DNA from: Pseudomonas aeruginosa PAO1
GTDB lineage: Bacteria > Pseudomonadota > Gammaproteobacteria > Pseudomonadales > Pseudomonadaceae
Assembly (NCBI RefSeq): GCF_000006765.1
Contig: NC_002516.2
DNA length: 64,000 nucleotides
Reading direction: 5' to 3' (one strand)
Shown here: one piece after another, positions 45,827-54,602 of the stretch
Position numbering within the stretch: position 1 is the first letter of the stretch
Layout: each line of letters opens with the position of its first letter
Notes under the pieces: generated by a model
Database searches by the model: none
The model's input: only the letters and a program-made list of their open reading frames with translations
Told to the model about the DNA's origin: nothing
Position numbers and translations under genes: made by a program

Positions 45827-46798
45827 ATGTCCAAGCCCACGGTGCGCGTGCTCGCCCTGCTCGAACTGCTGCAGAGCCACGGCCAGCTCAGCGGTAGCGA
45901 GCTGGCCAGGCGCCTGGAGGTGGATGGACGGACGCTGCGTCGCTATATCGTCGCCCTCGAGGAGCTGGGCATACCCATCTCGGCGGAGCGCGGACGCCAT
46001 GGCGGTTACCGCCTGGTGGCCGGTTTCAAGCTCCCGCCGCTGATGTTCAGCGCGGAGGAAACCCTGGCCGTGTCCCTCGGCCTGCTGGCGGTGCGCAGTC
46101 TCGGCCTGGGCGAAAGCGAGCTGGCCCTGGAAAGTGCGCAGGCCAAGCTGAGCAGGGTGATGCCCGTTGCGCTGCGGCGGCGCCTCGTGGCGCTCCGCGA
46201 GACCGCCAGCCTGGACCTGGCCCGCGCCCGGGCGGGAACCAGTGTGGCGGCGCTGGCGACCCTCGCCGAAGCCGCCCAGGTCCGTGCGCGGGTCGAGTTC
46301 CGCTATCGCGACCCGCAGGGCGCCGAAACCCTCCGCCAACTCGATCCCTACGGCCTGGCCTATCGCAACGGCTGCTGGTACGTCAGCGGTTTCTGCCACC
46401 TGCGCCAGGCGTTGCGCTCGTTCCGTCTCGATCGCCTGGACGCGCCGCGCATGCTGGCGGAGCGCTTCGAGCGACCGGCGGATTTCGATACCCTCCGCCA
46501 CCTGCGGGAGAGCTTCGCCCGGATGCCGCGCGCCTACCCGGTGGAAATCCTGATGCGGGCGGCGAGGGAGCAGGTGGTCGCGGTGCTCGGCGAGCCCCTC
46601 GGTCTGCTCGCCGAGGTCGATGGCGGTACGCTGTTGCGCGCCAGCACCGACGACCTGGACTGGTTCGCCCGGCGCCTGTGCGGCCTGCCGTTCGACTTCG
46701 AGGTCAGGCAGCCGCTGGAGTTGCGCGAGCCGTTGAGGCGCCAGGCCGAGCGTGTCCTGCGTAACCTGGGCCAGGAGGAAGCTTCGGATCACAGGTAG
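45827..46798 (+). CDS. YafY/PafC-type wHTH-WYL transcriptional regulator
   Basis: HTH (ELARRLEVDGRTLRRYIVAL...GGYRL) and WYL domain (LDPYGL...WYVSGFCHLRQALRSFRLDRL). Confidence 0.92.
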   Translation: MSKPTVRVLALLELLQSHGQLSGSELARRLEVDGRTLRRYIVALEELGIPISAERGRHGGYRLVAGFKLPPLMFSAEETLAVSLGLLAVRSLGLGESELALESAQAKLSRVMPVALRRRLVALRETASLDLARARAGTSVAALATLAEAAQVRARVEFRYRDPQGAETLRQLDPYGLAYRNGCWYVSGFCHLRQALRSFRLDRLDAPRMLAERFERPADFDTLRHLRESFARMPRAYPVEILMRAAREQVVAVLGEPLGLLAEVDGGTLLRASTDDLDWFARRLCGLPFDFEVRQPLELREPLRRQAERVLRNLGQEEASDHR

Positions 46799-46888
46799 GC
46801 ATTTAGAGGAAAAGTCCTATTAATTGCGCGGCTGCCGCTTTCTAGAATCGGTCCTGGTCAACCCGCACGTTTCCAGGAGGCCACAAGG

Positions 46889-47305
46889 ATGCCTGCAATA
46901 CCCCTGCGCGCCATGGTGCTGTGCGCCAACCCCGGCCGTCTGCTCAGGTATGGAGCGCTGTTCAACCGCTGCGGCTACTTCCACTTGAGCCTGTGCCTGG
47001 ACCGACGGGAGCTGCGGCGCTCCCTGGACCAGGGTTACCCGTACGACTATTGCCTCTACGACGGATTCCGCCTGGACCAGGGCTGCAAGGGCACGCTGGC
47101 GATGCTGGGACGCAGCGGCAGCATCCGGCGCTTCCTGCTGGTGGGCGAACTCGATTGCCGCGAGAAGCGCCTGTTGTTCGAGTGGAGCAGAGGCCATGGC
47201 CTGAGCATCGGCGCGGTGTCCGACCGGCCTTTGGGCCAGGTCGCCCTGGCCGCGTTGATCAAGCGTGATCGCGGCTGCCCCGACCTCCTGCGCGGCATCG
47301 CCTGA
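46889..47305 (+). CDS. Hypothetical protein, probable stand-alone atypical receiver (REC-like) domain
   Basis: The secondary-structure pattern read by eye matches REC: RAMVLC, YDYCLYD, FLLVGE and VSDRP. AGGAGG RBS. Confidence 0.65.
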   Translation: MPAIPLRAMVLCANPGRLLRYGALFNRCGYFHLSLCLDRRELRRSLDQGYPYDYCLYDGFRLDQGCKGTLAMLGRSGSIRRFLLVGELDCREKRLLFEWSRGHGLSIGAVSDRPLGQVALAALIKRDRGCPDLLRGIA

Positions 47306-47349
47306 GGCGGCTTCCGGGAAGATGAGGTAAGGTCGTTTTCCAACCTTCC

Positions 47350-48087
47350 ATGGCGAGACAGCGCATGACCGTCCAGGCCGACATCCTCAAGGCGATCGAA
47401 GGCATCGAGCATGGCTTCCAGCAAGCCGGCCAGGCACTCTCCGAGCGGATATTCCATTGCCGGCAGGTGCATGGCGCCGAGATCGTCGACGCGCGCTCGT
47501 TGTCGGAATCGGGACGGCATGCCGCCGACGGCGTTTTCAGCGAAGGGCCGCTGGCGGTCGCGGTGGTCACCGCGGACTGCCTGCCGATTCTCATGAGCAG
47601 TCGCGACGGTCGGGTGGTGGCCGCCCTGCATGGCGGCTGGCAGGGGCTCGTCGCCGGTATCGTCGGCGCGGCGGTGGCGCGCTTCAATGCGCGCGGCGTC
47701 GCCAGCGCGGACATCCGGGTCGCCATCGGTCCCGGGATCAAAGCCTGCTGCTACGAGGTGAGTGCCGGGTTCATCGAGGCGTTGCAGGTCGGCCACGGCC
47801 GCCTCTGGGAAGGCGCGGCGCCTCCCTGGAGCCAGCGTCGTCCGCTCCCCGAGCGGCCGCCCCGGTTCGCTCCGCCCGAGCCAAGGCAGGCGGAGCAGGG
47901 CGCCTGGCTGGACCTGGTGGCCTTCTGTCGCCAGTTGTTCCAGGCCGCCGGCGTCGGGCCGGCGCAGATCGAAGCCAGCGCCGTCTGCACCTACTGTTCC
48001 GGCGATGCGTTCGCCAGTCATCGCCGACGCCAGCGCCTGGGCGAGGAGAAGCGTCAGCAGTACGCCTGGATCGCGCGCAAGCCGTGA
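47350..48087 (+). CDS. YfiH/PgeF-like (laccase-domain) protein
   Basis: QVHG, VTADCLPIL, HGGWQG, IGPGIKACCYEV and CTYC...FASHRR. The start may be 47365. Confidence 0.85.
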   Translation: MARQRMTVQADILKAIEGIEHGFQQAGQALSERIFHCRQVHGAEIVDARSLSESGRHAADGVFSEGPLAVAVVTADCLPILMSSRDGRVVAALHGGWQGLVAGIVGAAVARFNARGVASADIRVAIGPGIKACCYEVSAGFIEALQVGHGRLWEGAAPPWSQRRPLPERPPRFAPPEPRQAEQGAWLDLVAFCRQLFQAAGVGPAQIEASAVCTYCSGDAFASHRRRQRLGEEKRQQYAWIARKP

Positions 48088-48220
48088 CCGCGTATCGGTA
48101 TTGTCCGGAAATCCTGGATAGTCATGACGGTTGTCTGCTGTTTATCCGCCAATAGCCGGCTTCTAGACTTTTCTTGTCGATGCGTGGCTGTCGCCACGCT
48201 CATTCCAGGAGAGTCCCAGC

Positions 48221-48958
48221 ATGCCTGACATCACCCAAGCCGCCATCGTCACCGGCGCCTCCCGCGGCATCGGTCGCGCCATTGCCCGGCGGCTGGCCGC
48301 CGACGGTTTCGCGGTCGCGGTCAACTATGCCAGCAACCAGGCCATGGCCGACGAGGTCGTGGCCGAAATCGTCGCCGCCGGCGGCGCGGCCATCGCCGTG
48401 CAGGGCGACGTGGCCAGCGCGGAGGACATGGACAAGCTGTTCGAAGCCACCAGGGGCGCCTTCGGCCGCATCGACGTGGTGGTCAACAGCGCCGGCACGA
48501 TGCCCTATCTGAAGATCGCCGATGGCGACCTGGAGGGCTTCGACCGGGTGATCCGCACCAACCTGCGCGGCGCCTTCATCGTGCTCGGCCTGGCTGCCCG
48601 GCATGTCGAGCGCGGCGGACGGATCATCGCCCTGTCCACCAGCGTGATCGCCCGGGCGCTGCCCAGCTACGGTCCGTACATCGCGTCCAAGTCCGGGGTC
48701 GAGGGGCTGGTGCACGTGCTGGCCAACGAGTTGCGCGGCCAGGACATCAGGGTCAACGCGGTGGCGCCCGGCCCGGTGGCCACCGAGCTGTTCTTCAACG
48801 GCAAGAGCGCCGAACAGATCGACCAGATCGCCAGGCTGGCGCCGCTGGAGCGTCTCGGCGAGCCGGACGAGATCGCCGCGGCGGTGTCCTTCCTCGCCGG
48901 GCCGGACGGGGCCTGGGTCAATTCCCAGGTGCTGCGGGTCAACGGCGGTTTCGCCTGA
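48221..48958 (+). CDS. Short-chain dehydrogenase/reductase
   Basis: TGASRGIG, NSAG, catalytic YIASK and VAPGP. Confidence 0.95.
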   Translation: MPDITQAAIVTGASRGIGRAIARRLAADGFAVAVNYASNQAMADEVVAEIVAAGGAAIAVQGDVASAEDMDKLFEATRGAFGRIDVVVNSAGTMPYLKIADGDLEGFDRVIRTNLRGAFIVLGLAARHVERGGRIIALSTSVIARALPSYGPYIASKSGVEGLVHVLANELRGQDIRVNAVAPGPVATELFFNGKSAEQIDQIARLAPLERLGEPDEIAAAVSFLAGPDGAWVNSQVLRVNGGFA

Positions 48959-48973
48959 GCCGTGTGGGCGGGG

Positions 48974-49009
48974 CACGAAAAAGCCGGCGCGAAGGCCGGC
49001 TTTTTCGTG
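48974..49009. terminator. Bidirectional intrinsic terminator
   Basis: CACGAAAAAGCCGGC-GCGAAG-GCCGGCTTTTTCGTG, a perfect 15 bp inverted repeat with U-tracts on both strands, between convergent genes. Confidence 0.92.
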
Positions 49010-49023
49010 GTCGCCACTGGCGG

Positions 49024-49320
49024 TCAGCGGTCGTTCTTGGTCGAGGAGCCGATGGCGTTGCTCAAGCCCTTGCTGTTGTGATCGCCGGGGGTGGTGGCGG
49101 AGATCGCGCTGGCCTGCGACAGCCCGCGGCTGTCGCGGGAGCTGGCGATGCCGGAGGTGGCTGAACCATGGCCTTTGCTGGAGTGGCCGCCGAGGTTGCC
49201 GCCGCCATTTCCGCCCTTGGCATAGGCGGAGCCGACAGGAGAAAGCTCGCCAGGCAGCAGGGTGCTGCCCGCGAACAGCAGGCCGAGAGCAGCTACGGCG
49301 AACAGGGTATGTTTTTTCAT
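49024..49320 (-). CDS. Small secreted Gly/Ser-rich protein
   Basis: Signal-like MKKHTLFAVAALGLLF...SAYA followed by a low-complexity mature region. GGAGG lies upstream. Confidence 0.75.
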   Translation of the reverse strand: MKKHTLFAVAALGLLFAGSTLLPGELSPVGSAYAKGGNGGGNLGGHSSKGHGSATSGIASSRDSRGLSQASAISATTPGDHNSKGLSNAIGSSTKNDR

Positions 49321-49357
49321 TTGAGGGATGCCTCCGCAGGCATGTGGTGTGCCGTCT

Positions 49358-49384
49358 AAAGACCGTTGCGCGAACGACAGGTTC
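49358..49384 (-). promoter_or_regulatory. AlgU (sigmaE)-like promoter for the small secreted protein
   Basis: Minus strand reads GAACCT-N16-TCTTT versus AlgU consensus GAACTT-N16/17-TCtga. Confidence 0.55.
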
Positions 49385-49427
49385 TGTGGAAAGCGACGGA
49401 TGGCGGGCCCTGCCGGTGGTTCCTCCT

Positions 49428-49982
49428 TCAGCGGTTGCGCCAGTGCTCGGCGAGCAATCCGTAGAGCGCCGAGTCGGAGACTTCTCCGGAAACGATCCAG
49501 CGTTGTGCGAGCAGGCCCTCCTGGCGGAAGCCCAGGCGCTCCAGGCTGGCGGCCGAAGGCCGGTTGCGCGGATCGATCTCCGCCTCCAGGCGGTTCAGGT
49601 CGATTTCATCGAAAGCGAACGCCAGCAGCCTGCGCAGCGCCTCGCCCATGTAACCCCGGCCCTGGGCTGCACGTGCCAGGCAGTAGCCGAGTTCGGCGCG
49701 GCGCGAGCCTTTCTCGAAATGGAAGAGGATACAACTGCCGAGCAATTGGCCGTCTTCTCGACGCTCGATGGCCAGGTTCAGGTATTCGCCGTCGACGAGC
49801 GCCTGGCTGTCCCGCAGGATCGCCTCGCGGGCCTGCGCAGGGGTCGTCCACGGCGGTGTGTTCCAGTAACGCATGACTTCCGGGTCGGACATCATGGCGA
49901 ACAGCGGCGCGGCGTCTTCCTCTCGGAAAGTGCGTAGCCGCAGGCGCGGGGTGTCCAACGGGTGGGGAAAGACGAAGTTCAT
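49428..49982 (-). CDS. GNAT N-acetyltransferase, RimJ/RimL family
   Basis: LDTPRLRLR, AELGYCLARAAQGRGYMGEA and NRPSAASLERLGF. Confidence 0.92.
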   Translation of the reverse strand: MNFVFPHPLDTPRLRLRTFREEDAAPLFAMMSDPEVMRYWNTPPWTTPAQAREAILRDSQALVDGEYLNLAIERREDGQLLGSCILFHFEKGSRRAELGYCLARAAQGRGYMGEALRRLLAFAFDEIDLNRLEAEIDPRNRPSAASLERLGFRQEGLLAQRWIVSGEVSDSALYGLLAEHWRNR

Positions 49983-50082
49983 CGGGCGCTCCTTTGCCGA
50001 GGTCGGAGGCTGCGCAGCTTAGCGCGCAGCGGCGAGGTCCTGGAGCTGATGTGCGTGCGGATGTTTCGCCGTGCGGGCTGGC

Positions 50083-50418
50083 TCAGTCGCCGGGACCGCC
50101 GAGTAGCAGCATCTGGTTGCCATCCGCGGCGTCCGGCGCGAATCCCTCGGGACACTTGCCTTTCAGGTGCCAGGCGAAGGCGATGATCTCAGCGATGGTG
50201 CGATACAGCGCTTCCGGAATGGCGTCGCCGAGTTCCAGGCGGGCGAGCAGGCGGACCAGCTCGGCGTTCTCGTAGATCGGTACCTCGTAGTCGCGGGCGA
50301 TGGCCAGGATCGCCTCGGCCAGTTCGGCGTCGCCCTTGGCGGAAAGGGTCGGCGCGGCCTGGCCGTCGTAGCTCAGGGCGATGGCCTGGCGCGGGGCGGG
50401 TGACTGCTTTCTGTTCAT
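50083..50418 (-). CDS. Stand-alone FlhB C-terminal-fragment-like protein (EscU/FlhB family)
   Basis: AIALSYD...AP...AKG...LA..I...A....V...E...L...L......IPE.LY...A.I.A aligns by eye with FlhB residues after NPTH. No TM segments. Confidence 0.88.
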   Translation of the reverse strand: MNRKQSPAPRQAIALSYDGQAAPTLSAKGDAELAEAILAIARDYEVPIYENAELVRLLARLELGDAIPEALYRTIAEIIAFAWHLKGKCPEGFAPDAADGNQMLLLGGPGD

Positions 50419-51995
50419 GCGGTTTCGTCTACCCAGCGTTGTTCGATGGTCGCTCGCGGGCCCTGGGGCGGGCGGCCGCGTTGGCAGGTGATCTCGCCAA
50501 CGGTCAGGCCGGCGTCGCGCAGGCGTTGGCGCAGGTGGCCGAGTTCATGCTCGACCAGCCGCGCGGTCGCGTCTCGCTCGGCCCAAAGCTGGCTGGACAG
50601 GCTGCCGCGTAGCAGGGTCGCCTGGGCGTGCAGCGGTCCCAGCGGCTCCAGGTCGAAGGCCAGTTCGACGCGCCAGAGGCTTTCGCGGGCCTCTTCGCCG
50701 GTCTTGCGCTGTTCTTCCTGGAACTTCACCTGCAACGGTACCACCGAGTGCTGATGGCGCATGGGCACCTCCATCTGCCAGGTCGCCAGTTGGGTGCCAT
50801 CCGGCAGGGTGCTGGTCTGCGCCAGGCTCGACAACTGATGGGTCTGCAGGCGGGAGATCGCCGCGGCGGCAAGGCGCAGCAGCGACTCCAGTTCCATGTC
50901 CTCGTCGAACAGTTGGAGAACCTTGCTCGGCAGGGGAAAGTTCAGTGCCTGGGTCTTGTTGGCGCTCTGTCCCAGGTTGCCCAGGGCGTTGCGGACAAAG
51001 GCCGGCAGCGCCTGGGCCAGGTTCGCCGTGTTGCCGGCGAACATGCCCGGCGCCTGGGCGCCGGTCGGCGGCAGCGGCGACAGCTGGGCGAACAGGCGCA
51101 ACAGGTTGGCCTTCAGGTCATGGCCGAGATGATCGGTGGCGCCCTGCATCAGGCGCGCCTCGAGGAACAGGCCGCTCTGCTGCAGGGCCTGGCCGAGCAG
51201 CTTGGAATCGCCCATCTTCTGCGCCTCCGGCAGGCCGGCGAAGAGGCGCTCCACGGCCTGGCGCAGGCTGTCCGGCAGGTCGTTGCGGCCGTTCAGCCCC
51301 TGCAGGGCGGCGAACAGGCCTTCCAGGGAAGCCTGGCGGGCGCTCTGCCCGGCCAGTTGCTGGCCCAGCGCAAGCTGGTCGAGGCGTCCGCTGAGTGGCA
51401 GGAAGTCGATCTGCTGGCTGTTTTTAACCAGCGCCGTGAGCAGGCTGCCGACTGGCAGCGCCTGGGGCGAGTCGAGGCTCAGCTTGCTGCCGGCGAGCGG
51501 CGTGTTGAGCAGGTTCAGCAGGACCCGGTAGACCACCTGCTGGGCCTTGTCCGCCGGCAGCGCGGTGCTGGACAGGACCTTGCCCTGGAGCAGGGTGCCG
51601 GGCGGCAGTTGCTCCAGGTCGAGGCTGCTCAGCGGGCCAGCGCCGGCCATGCTGTCGAGCAGGGTTGCAACCACGCTGGTGTTGCTGGTGGCGCTGACGT
51701 TAAGCAGGTTGCCCGGCACCAGCGGCCGATTGCTCTGCACTTCCACCAGGCTCTGCCCGCTGTTCGCCAGGGTCAGCTTGAGCAGGACCTGGAAATTGTT
51801 CGCCAGGCCTTCCTTGACCGCCAGCACCTCGGCCTTGCCCGACTCGCCTTCGCCCAGCAGGCCGGCCAGGGTCTGCACCAGCTTCAGGGTCATCTCGGCG
51901 TCGGCCTGGGCGTTGCCCTGCGATTGCGCCGGCGGCAGCGGGCGTGGGGCGGAGACCGGGGGTAGTGGCGGGGAAGCGCCTATCTCGGCTGGCAT
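50415..51995 (-). CDS. FliK-like protein with a C-terminal hook-length control domain
   Basis: C-terminal WRVELAFDLEPLGPLHAQA...LWAE...LRQRLRDAGL resembles the FliK C-domain. ATG at 51995, or TTG at 52004. Confidence 0.75.
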   Translation of the reverse strand: MPAEIGASPPLPPVSAPRPLPPAQSQGNAQADAEMTLKLVQTLAGLLGEGESGKAEVLAVKEGLANNFQVLLKLTLANSGQSLVEVQSNRPLVPGNLLNVSATSNTSVVATLLDSMAGAGPLSSLDLEQLPPGTLLQGKVLSSTALPADKAQQVVYRVLLNLLNTPLAGSKLSLDSPQALPVGSLLTALVKNSQQIDFLPLSGRLDQLALGQQLAGQSARQASLEGLFAALQGLNGRNDLPDSLRQAVERLFAGLPEAQKMGDSKLLGQALQQSGLFLEARLMQGATDHLGHDLKANLLRLFAQLSPLPPTGAQAPGMFAGNTANLAQALPAFVRNALGNLGQSANKTQALNFPLPSKVLQLFDEDMELESLLRLAAAAISRLQTHQLSSLAQTSTLPDGTQLATWQMEVPMRHQHSVVPLQVKFQEEQRKTGEEARESLWRVELAFDLEPLGPLHAQATLLRGSLSSQLWAERDATARLVEHELGHLRQRLRDAGLTVGEITCQRGRPPQGPRATIEQRWVDETA

Positions 51996-52089
51996 GGGTA
52001 ACAACCTGTCTTAAACGACCCTGCGGAGGCTGGGGAAGGGCGTGTATAATGCCGCGCCTGTCAAACAGGCTGGCCGCGTCGTCACCAGT

Positions 52090-52116
52090 ATAGCGGCCGT
52101 GTTTATCCCGACTTTA
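52090..52116 (-). promoter_or_regulatory. Sigma28-type promoter for the FliK-like/FlhB-like pair
   Basis: Minus strand reads TAAAG-N14-GCCGCTAT (consensus TAAAG-N14-GCCGATAA), about 95 nt upstream of the ATG. Confidence 0.65.
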
Positions 52117-52178
52117 GGGTCTGTTCCGTGAAGGCCTCCGGCGCCGCGACGAGGAGAGACGCTTGGCGATGTTGTTCG

Positions 52179-52880
52179 ATGTCCGATCCTGCTGAAGTCC
52201 CCACAGCCAGCCCCTTGCTGGAAACCGTCGGGCTCGCCTGCGAGCGCGACTGGCGCATGCTGTTCGAGCGCCTCGACCTGCGCCTGGCCGCCGGCGAGAT
52301 GTTGCAGGTGGTGGGTCCCAACGGCAGCGGCAAGACCAGCCTGCTGCGCCTGCTGTCCGGACTGATGCAGCCGACCGCCGGGGAAGTCCGCCTGAACGGC
52401 CGGCCGCTCGCCGAACAGCGCGGCGAACTGGCCCGCAGCCTGTTGTGGATCGGCCACGCCGCGGGAATCAAGGGCCTGCTCAGCGCCGAGGAGAACCTCA
52501 CCTGGCTCTGCGCGCTGCACCAGCCGGCCAGCCGCGAGGCGATCTGGCAGGCCCTGGCCGACGTCGGCCTGCGTGGCTTCGAGGACGTTCCCTGTCACAC
52601 CCTTTCCGCCGGCCAGCAACGCCGCGTGGCGCTGGCCCGCCTGTACCTGGACGCACCGCCCTTGTGGATCCTCGATGAACCCTTCACCGCCCTCGACAAA
52701 CAGGGGGTGGCGCAACTGGAAACGCACCTGGCCGGGCATTGCCAGCGCGGCGGGATGGTGGTGCTGACCACCCACCACAGCCTGCAGCAGGTGCCCGCCG
52801 GCTACCGCGAGCTGGACCTTGGTGCGCTCAAGGCGGCCAGCGGCGCGACGGTCGAGCCGGCGCTGGGCGACCCGGCATGA
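52179..52880 (+). CDS. ccmA: Heme exporter ATPase CcmA
   Basis: [26 protein letters not shown] and WILDEPFT. Confidence 0.96.
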
Positions 52881-53548
52881 GCAACGTCTTCAGCCTGCTC
52901 CTGGCGCGCGAGGCGCGCCTGCTGTTCCGCCGACCGGCGGAGCTGGCCAATCCGCTGGTGTTCTTCGCCATCGTCATCGCCCTGTTCCCCCTGGCGGTCG
53001 GGCCGGAGAGCCAATTGCTACAAACCTTGTCGCCCGGCCTGGTCTGGGTGGCGGCGCTATTGGCCGTGCTGCTCTCGCTGGAAGGGCTGTTCCGCAGCGA
53101 TTTCGAGGACGGTTCTATGGAGCAGTGGGTCCTTTCGCCGCACCCCCTGGCTCTTCTGGTGCTGGCCAAGGTGCTGGCACACTGGCTGTTTTCCGGGCTG
53201 GCCCTGGTCCTGATGTCGCCGCTGTTCGCGCTGATGCTGGGCCTGCCGGCCCGTTGCATACCGGTGCTGCTGCTTTCCCTGTTGCTCGGTACGCCGGTGC
53301 TGAGCCTGCTCGGCGCCGTCGGCGCGGCCTTGACCGTGGGCCTCAAGCGCGGCGGCCTGTTGCTGGCGCTGCTGATCCTGCCGCTGTACATCCCGGTGCT
53401 GATTCTCGGTAGCGGGGCGCTGCAGGCTTCGCTGCAGGGACTGCCTAGCAGCGGACATTTATTGTGGCTGGCGAGCCTGACGGCGCTAGCATTGACACTC
53501 ACGCCATTCGCCATCGCTGCCGGCCTGAAGATCAGCGTAGGCGAGTGA
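52877..53548 (+). CDS. ccmB: Heme exporter permease CcmB
   Basis: [14 protein letters not shown] and [12 protein letters not shown]. Confidence 0.96.
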
Positions 53549-53670
53549 GTCCGCCCGCCGAAGGCATCGGCGGGCGTGCGGTACCGGGCGGCTGTGCCGC
53601 CCACGCTTGACCCGGGCTGGCAGCGGAAGGTCTGCCCGGTATTTCCAAAGAGCCCTGTAAACAGAGCCTG

Positions 53671-54429
53671 ATGATGAATTGGACATGGTTTCACAAGCTT
53701 GGGTCGCCCAAGTGGTTCTACGAGATCAGCGGCCGCTGGCTGCCCTGGTTCGCCGTGGCGGCGGCGCTGCTGATCGTCACCGGCTGCGTCTGGGGGCTGG
53801 CCTTCGCGCCGCCGGACTACCAGCAGGGCAATAGCTTCCGCATCATCTATATCCATGTGCCGGCGGCCTTCCTCGCCCAGTCCTGCTACGTCATGCTGGC
53901 CGTGGCCGGTGCCGTCGGGCTGATCTGGAAGATGAAGATCGCCGACGTGGCGGTGCAGTGCGCCGCTCCCATCGGCGCCTGGATGACCTTCGTCGCGCTG
54001 CTTACCGGGGCCGTATGGGGCAAGCCGACCTGGGGCGCCTGGTGGGTCTGGGACGCGCGCCTGACGGCGATGCTGATCCTGCTTTTCCTCTATTTCGGCA
54101 TCATCGCCCTCGGCCAGGCGATCAGTAACCGCGACAGCGCGGCCAAGGCCTGTGCCGTACTGGCCATCGTCGGCGTGGTGAACATCCCGATCATCAAGTA
54201 CTCGGTGGAGTGGTGGAACACCCTGCACCAGCCGGCCACCTTCACCATCACCGAGAAACCGGCGATGCCGGTGGAGATGTGGTTGCCGTTGCTGATCATG
54301 GTCCTCGGCTTCTATTGCTTCTTCGCGGCCATGCTGCTGGTGCGCATGCGCCTGGAAGTGCTCAAGCGCGAGTCCCGCACCGCCTGGGCGAAGGCCGAGG
54401 TGAAGGCCCTGGTGGAGAAGGCACGATGA
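53671..54429 (+). CDS. ccmC: Heme exporter CcmC
   Basis: IYIHVP, the Trp-rich [17 protein letters not shown] motif and WWNTLHQ. Confidence 0.97.
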   Translation: MMNWTWFHKLGSPKWFYEISGRWLPWFAVAAALLIVTGCVWGLAFAPPDYQQGNSFRIIYIHVPAAFLAQSCYVMLAVAGAVGLIWKMKIADVAVQCAAPIGAWMTFVALLTGAVWGKPTWGAWWVWDARLTAMLILLFLYFGIIALGQAISNRDSAAKACAVLAIVGVVNIPIIKYSVEWWNTLHQPATFTITEKPAMPVEMWLPLLIMVLGFYCFFAAMLLVRMRLEVLKRESRTAWAKAEVKALVEKAR

Positions 54430-54602
54430 GCTTCGAATCGTTCGGCGACTTCCTCGCCATGGGCCATCACGGTCCCTACGTCTGGTCGGCCTACGGCATC
54501 AGCCTGCTGGTGCTGGCGATCAATGTCGCCGAGCCGCTGCTGGCCCGGCGCCGCTACCTGCAAGAAGAGGCGCGTCGTCTGCGCCGGGAGGCCCAGCAGT
54601 GA
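54426..54602 (+). CDS. ccmD: Heme exporter CcmD
   Basis: 58 aa [24 protein letters not shown], single TM. Confidence 0.93.
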   Translation: MSFESFGDFLAMGHHGPYVWSAYGISLLVLAINVAEPLLARRRYLQEEARRLRREAQQ

